Virus record (IMG/VR): IMGVR_UViG_3300027834_000005
Span: 283,233 to 347,232 of that record
Strand: one strand, 5' to 3'
DNA: 64,000 nt
A model generated the notes under the pieces. It did not search any database. It was not told the origin of the DNA and saw only the letters and a program-made list of their open reading frames with translations. Of this stretch, positions 36,315 to 44,845 are shown piece after piece (the first letter of the stretch is position 1; the number at the start of each line of letters is the position of its first letter). The translations under genes and the position numbers were made by a program.

Positions 36315-37768
36315 CGTATTATAGCGGTTTCATCAGTGGTATTCTTGAGTCTAATGAGAATCAAGCTATACCACCAGTTATAGATTTTATATTCACTGTA
36401 GACACTACTAACGTAGGCTCTGCATCCGACAATTATGATATGCCATTAACTAATGGCGTAACGTATAACTTCACTGTGCATTGGGGCGATGGAAACACTG
36501 ATGTTGTGAATTCATCTGCTACTACTGGTATATCTCATGTGTATGCTAGTGGCGGGGAGTATGATATTAAAATAGAAGGTGCAGCTCCAGAAATTATTTT
36601 TGGTGGATCATCTGACTCTGCCAAAGTCGTGGCGCTTAAAGATTGGGGAGACGGAACGTGGGATAACGTGGCTAATATGTTTAATGGCTGTGTTAATTTT
36701 ACCGGATATTCCGCTATTGATCCTCCTGTGTTTTCTGCTTCGGTTACGTCTTTTGAAAATATGTTTAATGGGTGTGTTGGTATGGCAGCAAACATATCTA
36801 ACTGGACAACGACTGGCGTGACTAACATGACGCATATGTTTGATGGTTGCGTATTATTTGATAGTGAATTGGGAAGTTGGGATGTGTCATCAGTGACAGA
36901 TTTTTCTTATATGTTTAATGGTAACTCAGTGTTCACATCTGACTTATCTACGTGGGTGACTACGGCTGCAATTGACATGAAATTCATGTTCAAAGATGCC
37001 TCGTTATTCAGTAGTGCCATTAATACATGGACTACGTCTGGTGTTGTGAGCATGGAACAGATGTTTAGGAATGCAACTAGTTTCTATTCAAACTTATCTT
37101 CTTGGAATACGGCATTTGTAACCAACATGGATTATATGTTTTCTAATGTTGCATTGACTAACAATAACTATGGTGTCAATGGTTGGAACGTGAGTTCTTT
37201 ACTTAGTGCAGTTGGATTCATGGAAGATCATAATATGTCAATAAGTACATATAACTCAGTATTGAATGGTTGGGGACCTGACTCTATAAACAGTAATGTA
37301 ACTGTTGACTTCGGTACATCTGTTTACGACGGTCTTGCTCTTACTAACAGATTTAAAATGACAGATACGTTTAATTGGACAGTTATAGATGGCGGTATAC
37401 AGACAATGACAATGATAGCCGGTGGTTCAAGTACAGATAACGGATACCGTAGTGGTTCATGGGGTAGTATAGCACCAACAACCATAGGTGGATATAGTGT
37501 GGCTGACGTGTCTTGGGAAGATGAGAAATTCGGACCTTTCCCCGTAGTTAGAACTGATGTTTTCTTGTTGAGGACTAACGGCGGAGCGCCATCTAATTAC
37601 TGGTCTAGGATAGAATTCCAACATTCGTCAGGTAGTCCTTCGTGGACAGTAACAATAGGACAGGTTGCATATACCCAAGTAGTAAATGCAAACGAAATTC
37701 TACAAATGGTAGAAAATCAGCAAGCGTTTGTTGTTGGTGAGACATACTACGTGAATATAATTAAGTAA
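36311..37768 (+). CDS. DUF285/BspA-like repeat adhesin with N-terminal PKD-like domain
   Basis: FTVHWGDG...HVYASGGEY; repeated W.tS.Vt.m.yMF units; ATGA coupling to the fibre gene. Confidence 0.8.
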   Translation: MTYYSGFISGILESNENQAIPPVIDFIFTVDTTNVGSASDNYDMPLTNGVTYNFTVHWGDGNTDVVNSSATTGISHVYASGGEYDIKIEGAAPEIIFGGSSDSAKVVALKDWGDGTWDNVANMFNGCVNFTGYSAIDPPVFSASVTSFENMFNGCVGMAANISNWTTTGVTNMTHMFDGCVLFDSELGSWDVSSVTDFSYMFNGNSVFTSDLSTWVTTAAIDMKFMFKDASLFSSAINTWTTSGVVSMEQMFRNATSFYSNLSSWNTAFVTNMDYMFSNVALTNNNYGVNGWNVSSLLSAVGFMEDHNMSISTYNSVLNGWGPDSINSNVTVDFGTSVYDGLALTNRFKMTDTFNWTVIDGGIQTMTMIAGGSSTDNGYRSGSWGSIAPTTIGGYSVADVSWEDEKFGPFPVVRTDVFLLRTNGGAPSNYWSRIEFQHSSGSPSWTVTIGQVAYTQVVNANEILQMVENQQAFVVGETYYVNIIK

Positions 37769-37776
37769 GGAATAAA

Positions 37777-38868
37777 ATGACAGATATAAATACGCCAAGT
37801 GGGTCTCTTGGATTCACTACTGTTAATAAAGCTGTTGATGGGTCGGTAACCGGAAGTACCTCTACTGGGCAGTATGTGCAAAATGTGGTCACTTCATTCT
37901 CCGCTGATAAGTCAGCTATAGGTGCTAATAGTAGAGACTTTCTAGGCATATATGAATGGAAAGTTTATGGGAATGCACAGAATGAGATTAATGAGCTTAC
38001 TGGAACGCAAGTTGGCGGTTCTTATGTTTTTGCGGATAAAGATCTTACTAGTATAGTGGCGTCTGTTAGCTCCAGCGGTATGGTGAATTACACGACAGAC
38101 GATGGATGGGAAACATTTAGTGCCGCATCATTTTCAACATACGTATACAATGCGTTTGCTGTTGGTGGTGGAGGGAATGTGATTGCTAGATGCACTGATA
38201 ATAGCTCATTTCAATGTATGATTGGGCCAACGCACACGGAAGGAAATATCATCGATGTGGAAGATGGAAACATCCAACATCTACGAAGCATAGTGATTAG
38301 TGAAGATGGAACTAAAATATCAGTTGGTCATAACAACAATAGCAGTTCGGATTACATATCTACGTATTTTTTATCAGGTAACACTATAGGTTCTAGACAA
38401 TCTAGGAAATACTTAGGGACTTCTGGTTTAATTACTAATGGAACCTTTACATTAACTGACGACGGGGAATATATCATAGGTGTTTATAACAACTCAGGAA
38501 CCCACATTGGTTATACGCCTACTAACGATGGTAGTTTTTTTGGTCAAATATCGTATGAGGGAGAAGATTATCATTCTCAATTTAAGGTTACCGATGTATC
38601 CCCTGTGGGCAAGTCTTACAGTATTCCTATGATATCGTATCGTGATGACCTTGGTTTTTTTAGATTCATACACCCAGCTGATACTGGTGTTGGTTATGAC
38701 ATGACCACTATGGTTCAGCATGCTAAGATTCCTGTAAGTTCTCTTCCAGATGACACAGTGTGGGCTATACCAAATAGCTTCAATACTATGTTGGTTGGGG
38801 TATCTCCTGCTGGAGGTTCCCGTTACGTTACAAAAATGTCTTACACGCCTTTAACTGGAGGATTTTAA
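37777..38868 (+). CDS. Beta-propeller-like protein, paralogue 1 of 3
   Basis: MTDINTPSGS start; YSIPMIS...HPADTG; beta-rich repeats. Confidence 0.65.
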   Translation: MTDINTPSGSLGFTTVNKAVDGSVTGSTSTGQYVQNVVTSFSADKSAIGANSRDFLGIYEWKVYGNAQNEINELTGTQVGGSYVFADKDLTSIVASVSSSGMVNYTTDDGWETFSAASFSTYVYNAFAVGGGGNVIARCTDNSSFQCMIGPTHTEGNIIDVEDGNIQHLRSIVISEDGTKISVGHNNNSSSDYISTYFLSGNTIGSRQSRKYLGTSGLITNGTFTLTDDGEYIIGVYNNSGTHIGYTPTNDGSFFGQISYEGEDYHSQFKVTDVSPVGKSYSIPMISYRDDLGFFRFIHPADTGVGYDMTTMVQHAKIPVSSLPDDTVWAIPNSFNTMLVGVSPAGGSRYVTKMSYTPLTGGF

Positions 38869-38869
38869 T

Positions 38870-39943
38870 ATGACTGACGTGAATGCGCCAAACGGATCTC
38901 TAGTATGGAGAGCAGTGAATAAAGATATTACTGGCAATGGAAGTACTAGTGTCGGTGCCATGATAAAAAATGTTGACGTGTCTTTTGAAAACAAGCAAGC
39001 GGCCATAGGGAGTTCAGCGCGTGATTATCTGGGACTGTACAAATGGCAAAACTACAAGAACGAACAGACAGAACTAGTTGAGCTTACTGCTACCGGCACA
39101 GTAGGCGAACATATTTTTACTAACAGAGATAACACTTCCGTTGTTGGTAAGCTTAATGCTGCATCTACTACTGCTTATTTTTATAATACGACAGATGGAT
39201 GGGCTACCCAAACTAAAATAGGGTTTGGTTCTGAAAATGCATATAGTTTGGGCGGTAATGGCACTAAAATAGGTGTCGGATCTGACGGAAGAAGTGTTAG
39301 ATGTATTTCATTTAATGGTGCAACTTTAGATTATGGAAATACAGTTAATGATTTAGATTTTGGAACGTACATAACTGGAACTGCAATATCTGACGATGGT
39401 ACTGCATTCATAGGAACCACGTCAGATAACAAGCTGCGCACTTACGATCTTAGTGGAAATACCATAGGTAGTTTACGTGCTACGAAAACTATAAGTTCGT
39501 ATGGCAACGACATAGGTGAGTATTTTCTCACTAGCGACGGTCAACAAGTATTCGGTATAAGAACAGTAGATACGTTAGGGTACGCCAACACTAATGATAC
39601 TTTATTTTATGCAAGTATACACCAAGATGGTGAATTATACAGTAATAATTTTAAAGCTTCTGATGTGTATCCGTCAGGGAAATCTTATGCAATACCTATG
39701 ATAGCCTTTGTGGACAATCTTGACTTTGTTAGGTTCATATACCCAAGTGATTCTGGGACGGCTCCAGATTTTTCTACTATGAATTATCATGCTAAAATTG
39801 CATTATCTTCACTTCCTACTGGAGCTGTGTGGGCTATGCCTATTAGCTTCACTGAAATGATAGTAGGAATAAACGGCGGCGGCGGAGTATTCCATTGCAC
39901 TAAAATGGAATACACACCTCTAACTGAAGGATTCCCAATATGA
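38870..39943 (+). CDS. Beta-propeller-like protein, paralogue 2 of 3
   Basis: MTDVNAPNGS start; YAIPMIA...YPSDSG. Confidence 0.65.
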   Translation: MTDVNAPNGSLVWRAVNKDITGNGSTSVGAMIKNVDVSFENKQAAIGSSARDYLGLYKWQNYKNEQTELVELTATGTVGEHIFTNRDNTSVVGKLNAASTTAYFYNTTDGWATQTKIGFGSENAYSLGGNGTKIGVGSDGRSVRCISFNGATLDYGNTVNDLDFGTYITGTAISDDGTAFIGTTSDNKLRTYDLSGNTIGSLRATKTISSYGNDIGEYFLTSDGQQVFGIRTVDTLGYANTNDTLFYASIHQDGELYSNNFKASDVYPSGKSYAIPMIAFVDNLDFVRFIYPSDSGTAPDFSTMNYHAKIALSSLPTGAVWAMPISFTEMIVGINGGGGVFHCTKMEYTPLTEGFPI

Positions 39944-41040
39944 CCGACATTAATACGCCAGATGGCAGCGGTAGAATAGACGGGGTTGATAAAAATCCTA
40001 AAGCTACGCCGAGCACTATCACCCATGCTTTTGGGAAAAATATGAACTCTTCTTCAGAGAAAAATCTAATCCTTATTACCGGCTTTACTGGATCAGGTAC
40101 TGCCACTGGTTACGTAGGGCTTTATCGTTTTAATACTTACGCTAATGATAGCGAAATATATGACATTACGAGTACCGGAGAAGAAGGTTTAAGTCGTCAA
40201 GGTAATACAACGATGTCAGTAGACGGTACTGTTTGTGCGATAGTAAACAGACCCTCGACTTCACATTATGTTAATATGTATAGGACTGAAGATGACTGGG
40301 AAACATTTACTGATATTGCGATTAACACGGGAATCACAAATCTTTCATATACTCCTATCATTGGGTGTTCTGGTAACGGAGAGTTTATGTGCGTTGCAGT
40401 CCAAAGAGAAATTAGAATATATCAATGGGATGGCATAAGTGATTGGGTTTATAGAGATAACATAATAACTGGTCACACAGCTACTACTTATAATTACGCT
40501 ATTAGTTTATCTAATGACGGATCTAAACTACTTTATTCTTGGCATTATGGTGATGGCGGCTCCAGCCATAGTACAGACGTACGATCTATTAGTGCTGTCG
40601 GTATAATCGGCGGTGCTGAAGAAAATAGCATGTTTAACAAAACGATAACAATGGCGTATGAAGGTGACTATGGATATAGATATTCCTCTGGGAAATTATA
40701 CGTGAGTGACTTTTCTATTTTTAATGGTGGTGAGGTACTAGCGTACGATACTCTACAGTTGTCAGGGTCACCTATGGAAAGTACCGAAATCGTAAAGGGG
40801 AATTACAGTATTCCGCTTATATCAATAAAAGTTGGAACTGAAATACACGTACTTAGTCCAGCCGACACAGGGACCGCTCCTGACTGGTCAAATGTGTCTC
40901 TAGTGGACGTTATACCAATGGATGATTTCCCTCCAACTATATCGTCGTATTCATGGGAGATTATTAGTGACGGACTTCTGATGTTACGGTATGAAGAATC
41001 ATCTAGCGTGTATAAATTAATTAAAATTTACTATAAATAG
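39940..41040 (+). CDS. Beta-propeller-like protein, paralogue 3 of 3
   Basis: MTDINTPDGS start; YSIPLIS...SPADTG. Confidence 0.65.
   Translation: MTDINTPDGSGRIDGVDKNPKATPSTITHAFGKNMNSSSEKNLILITGFTGSGTATGYVGLYRFNTYANDSEIYDITSTGEEGLSRQGNTTMSVDGTVCAIVNRPSTSHYVNMYRTEDDWETFTDIAINTGITNLSYTPIIGCSGNGEFMCVAVQREIRIYQWDGISDWVYRDNIITGHTATTYNYAISLSNDGSKLLYSWHYGDGGSSHSTDVRSISAVGIIGGAEENSMFNKTITMAYEGDYGYRYSSGKLYVSDFSIFNGGEVLAYDTLQLSGSPMESTEIVKGNYSIPLISIKVGTEIHVLSPADTGTAPDWSNVSLVDVIPMDDFPPTISSYSWEIISDGLLMLRYEESSSVYKLIKIYYK
41032..41039 (+). promoter_or_regulatory. T4-type late promoter
   Basis: TATAAATA 45 nt upstream of ATG 41085. Confidence 0.6.
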
Positions 41041-41084
41041 TGTTAATAATAAAATGTTTAAAAGTGCATTTAAAGGAATAAAAC

Positions 41085-43988
41085 ATGAGTAAGCCAGTAG
41101 CAGATCTAATCTTCGGTGAGGGATCAACAAATATCATTTTAAAGAAGCCATGGAGTCCATCGACTGGACTGTTTCCTACAAGTTTTTCAGAGGGATTCGT
41201 ATATATTGCAGAAGACGATGGCGTAGTAAATGCTGAAGAATTCACTGAAGGTGATTCCATAATATATAAGGATGGAGCTTGGATAAGATTTGGTTCTGCG
41301 TCAGGTGGTGGAGGTGTAGCGTTAGAGACATACACCCCAACGACTACAGACGTGTATAATCCACCATCACCTGTGACCGATGGCACTTACAATGGTAAAT
41401 CTGGAGCTAAAGTTGTTACCTATTATGGCACTGAACTAGCTTATTACCCAGCACCACCAATAAATGCTAATTTCTCAGTTACGGGCAATACTCTGTCTGT
41501 GAATAATGGTTCTAATACTGATGGCATAGCTGTATTATGTACAGACGACGCCGAGTATCCTCCGATTACAATCGACGTGCCTGTTGCCGCTTATTTCAGT
41601 ATCAATGTCCCAACTATAACTAACACCTATAACGTAGACGTTATGTTCGGCCCTAAGATGGACGGGTTTGATGGGACTGCGATTATGGGAGCATACTCAA
41701 TGGCTTCTGCTGTAATTAATGTTAGTAGTGCTGGCGGTACATTCGCTGGTAGTCCGTTTGGTGCAATAACGGATCAGGTAGGTGACATAACTACGTTTAC
41801 CGGAGTTAATAATTTTGGTGTGAAATATACACTGAGAGCAGACGAAACGATGGACGTGGAAGTGTATCAGGAAGATATGAGTACTCCGGTATTAACATTT
41901 ACTATAATCGAAACTTACTCTCATTATTACGGTGAACTAGATGAATTGGCAATACGCAAAGGTACGTACGGTATTAGCTTATTCCTTAACTCTGATAATA
42001 GTGAAACTTTTGTAGATCCTACCTTTGAGGTAGTTAATTTTATAGATGTTCCTGTGTCTGCAATAAGTGGTGCTCAAGCTCACTGGAATGGTGAAGGTAC
42101 TGTTTCTACTAATGACCCAATTCCATCTGAGAAATATTCTAAGATTCTAGAACTAGTATCTCCTCCAGCCTCTTCGGATTTCATAGATGGCGAGATAGTT
42201 ATTACCGACGAGGTTGGTGATGTTTCTACCTTATCTAGATCTATAACGGGCGTGTACACTCCACTCATAGTTAACGACGTTGCGACACCACCAGATGGTT
42301 CTTATAACGGAACTTTCTTCGAGATCGGCATGGTGGAAAATACTACCGGAATTCTTAACATTGGAAATTTTGAAGCTGTCGAGGGAGATGTGTTTGGTAT
42401 AAGTCCAGACGGAACAGTCACTCGTGGTTTTGCATCATCTGAAGTAGAAGAGCTATCATCTGTTGTTGATGGGAGAGGTTTCGGACAAGTAGTAAATGTT
42501 ACTAACTCTAATGACCTTATCACAACTAATACATCGATAGGTAACACTCATGAATTTACATACCGTAGACCAATATCTTCTATTAAAACCGACAATAAAG
42601 AAGCCTACACTACTCTGAATTACTATGGCAGAATGGAAGGTGACAACGCAACGTCAGATATAAATGACTGGGAGTTAGACAAATATTTTGATGTGTTCAA
42701 TGGTATAGATATTTTAAGCTCAGATGGATCTAATGATGCTAATGGTGTAAATAATAGTACTGGTAAGACTGTGTATAGGTGGGAAGGTAAGCCAATGCTT
42801 AATATTCCTGTTTTCAACAATACTTTCTTGAGTGAGAATACCAACGATAGTAGTGGAGTAGATCTAGTGTCTGGTTCAAGTACTGATGTTATAACCAATA
42901 AAGGGATTGTCATTGGTGATAACAACCACGTGAATTCTTATAACTTCATAAACCTACTTAATGGTGCTATCAAGGGCGAATCTGTTAATTTCCAACACAT
43001 AACAGATAATACTACTGCGTCAGATTATACAAGCTATAGTAATGTAACCACTACGACTGATGGGTCTGGGACAGGCTTGACATTAGATGTTGGTGCTTTA
43101 AATGGGCTTTATAAGATTAACTATTATCAGGACTATGGAAGTGATTATGTCGATGGGGATACTATTACAGTTTCGGCAGCGCAATTGGATGGCTCTAATG
43201 ATTTCGTTTTTAAGATATATAATACTGTGAATGGTAAACCAACGAGTAGTAATGCTGATGGTGGATATATTCCTATTCAAACAACAACTACTGCCGAGGA
43301 TGTATATCCGTACGTAGAGGCAAATTTATCAGGAGGCGGTTCTAGTGTGCAAGCTAGAATAAAAGCTTCTGGCGGTTCTTATACGATAGATCACTGGGTA
43401 AATAAAGGTACTGGTCTTTCAATTGGTAGCACGGCGACGTTCTCAGCTGGAAGTTTAGATGGTTCTAATGATTTTGTTATTGAAGTGGCGGATACTGTTG
43501 ATGCTACGGACACTAGAAGAATGACATGGGGTAAGGATAACTTCATTGGTGGTTATATAACAGTCCCAACTGGAGTTTCACTGATCATCGATTGTCAGGG
43601 ATACAATAATGAAACTACTACTAATACTTTTCAGGGTAATGGTAATGTTACCCTAAATAATGTTGGTAAAGGATCTAACATTCCGACTCCATCTTTAACG
43701 GGTATATTTACTGTAAATTATACAGAAGATGCGACTGGAGTTCCAAGTGATACTTGGGTTACTAAGTCTGGTAATTTTACTACTGATTCTGATGAAACTT
43801 ATATACTTGATAGTAGTCTCACTGTTACTGCTGGAACACACTCAGATGGCACTGTACTTAAGTTTTTAATTAAGCAAGACCCCGCGACGTTTATTATGTC
43901 ATTTAGTGGTTTTGGCGTAACTATAAACCCAGCGTATCGTGACTACATAACACTGACTAAGGTCAATGGACTTTGGTATAAGTCATAA
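41085..43988 (+). CDS. Large fibre/appendage protein A
   Basis: 967 aa, Thr/Ser/Gly-rich; N-terminal 70 aa paralogous to 44846..47971; GSGTGLTLDV...YGSDY..GDTITV repeats. Confidence 0.65.
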   Translation: MSKPVADLIFGEGSTNIILKKPWSPSTGLFPTSFSEGFVYIAEDDGVVNAEEFTEGDSIIYKDGAWIRFGSASGGGGVALETYTPTTTDVYNPPSPVTDGTYNGKSGAKVVTYYGTELAYYPAPPINANFSVTGNTLSVNNGSNTDGIAVLCTDDAEYPPITIDVPVAAYFSINVPTITNTYNVDVMFGPKMDGFDGTAIMGAYSMASAVINVSSAGGTFAGSPFGAITDQVGDITTFTGVNNFGVKYTLRADETMDVEVYQEDMSTPVLTFTIIETYSHYYGELDELAIRKGTYGISLFLNSDNSETFVDPTFEVVNFIDVPVSAISGAQAHWNGEGTVSTNDPIPSEKYSKILELVSPPASSDFIDGEIVITDEVGDVSTLSRSITGVYTPLIVNDVATPPDGSYNGTFFEIGMVENTTGILNIGNFEAVEGDVFGISPDGTVTRGFASSEVEELSSVVDGRGFGQVVNVTNSNDLITTNTSIGNTHEFTYRRPISSIKTDNKEAYTTLNYYGRMEGDNATSDINDWELDKYFDVFNGIDILSSDGSNDANGVNNSTGKTVYRWEGKPMLNIPVFNNTFLSENTNDSSGVDLVSGSSTDVITNKGIVIGDNNHVNSYNFINLLNGAIKGESVNFQHITDNTTASDYTSYSNVTTTTDGSGTGLTLDVGALNGLYKINYYQDYGSDYVDGDTITVSAAQLDGSNDFVFKIYNTVNGKPTSSNADGGYIPIQTTTTAEDVYPYVEANLSGGGSSVQARIKASGGSYTIDHWVNKGTGLSIGSTATFSAGSLDGSNDFVIEVADTVDATDTRRMTWGKDNFIGGYITVPTGVSLIIDCQGYNNETTTNTFQGNGNVTLNNVGKGSNIPTPSLTGIFTVNYTEDATGVPSDTWVTKSGNFTTDSDETYILDSSLTVTAGTHSDGTVLKFLIKQDPATFIMSFSGFGVTINPAYRDYITLTKVNGLWYKS

Positions 43989-44785
43989 TGAAGTTAGCTA
44001 TAATGAATAGGTTTGGTATGGGAGTTGTTATCTTGAATACACAAGATAACAGCTTGAAAAAAACCAAGCATTCTTTTCCTCAAGATGGTATTGGTGGCGG
44101 AATGATGAAAGACGGAATTCTGCATTGGTGCTCCAACAGGGGAATCAATACGGAGGACGGTATAAAACATAAAGCTAGGTTTGGCTCCCCTCATTCACTT
44201 ATAGAGCATGGCGGTGATTTCGTGGTATCAAATACGACTGAAAATAACGTCATGAATCATAAAGGTGAAGAAATATACTATCCTACGTTCTTAGAACGCG
44301 ACTGCACAAAAGACTATATACATCTTAATGATTGCATCAGTGTCGATGGCAGATTGATGTTATCTTCTCTTAGTAAGCGCACTTATTGGAGAGATAACTT
44401 CACTGACGGTGGACTGTGGTATGGCGATGACGTTAATAATGGCGCTACTGTGTATATCCCCCATACTCCATGTGAGTATGAAGGGAGAATTTACGTGTTA
44501 GAGACAGGAAGTGGTTCGCTGTTGTCGTTCAATAAAAATCTTGGCGATAAGAAGATTGAACTTATCAATTTCAAGGGCTTCCTACGAGGCTTAATAATGA
44601 AAGATGGGCATGCTTACATAGCGTCCTCCGCTTTCGATCCAAATAGAAGCTTTGCTAAAATACATAACTGCCATAGGCTGAAAAGTAGTTATGGTAGAAT
44701 ATATAAGGTAAACATGTCTAACGGACATAGAGAAATTATATACGAATCCGAAGGTGCGGACATATCCTCTATATGTGAAGCTTAA
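43988..44785 (+). CDS. DUF4915 / TIGR03032-like beta-propeller protein
   Basis: PTF...DYIHLN...DG...LS...WR...DGG...PHTP..YEG.IY.LETGSG.L...GFLRGL matches the family pattern. Confidence 0.75.
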   Translation: MKLAIMNRFGMGVVILNTQDNSLKKTKHSFPQDGIGGGMMKDGILHWCSNRGINTEDGIKHKARFGSPHSLIEHGGDFVVSNTTENNVMNHKGEEIYYPTFLERDCTKDYIHLNDCISVDGRLMLSSLSKRTYWRDNFTDGGLWYGDDVNNGATVYIPHTPCEYEGRIYVLETGSGSLLSFNKNLGDKKIELINFKGFLRGLIMKDGHAYIASSAFDPNRSFAKIHNCHRLKSSYGRIYKVNMSNGHREIIYESEGADISSICEA

Positions 44786-44798
44786 TCCCCTACATTAT

Positions 44799-44840
44799 AA
44801 TCTCCTTTCTTCGATAAATAGAGGTAAGAAACAGGAGATT
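44799..44840 (+). promoter_or_regulatory. RBS-sequestering hairpin with a late promoter in its loop
   Basis: AATCTCC+TTTCTT pairs with AAGAAA+GGAGATT (2-nt bulge); loop contains GATAAATA (44813-44820); SD AGGAG lies in the 3' arm. Confidence 0.7.
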
Positions 44841-44845
44841 ACTAA

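Noticed and set aside
37777-41040. Diversity-generating retroelement or invertible cassette behind the three paralogues
   Set aside because: No reverse transcriptase or invertase in the window, and no near-identical template/variable repeat or inverted recombination sites seen.
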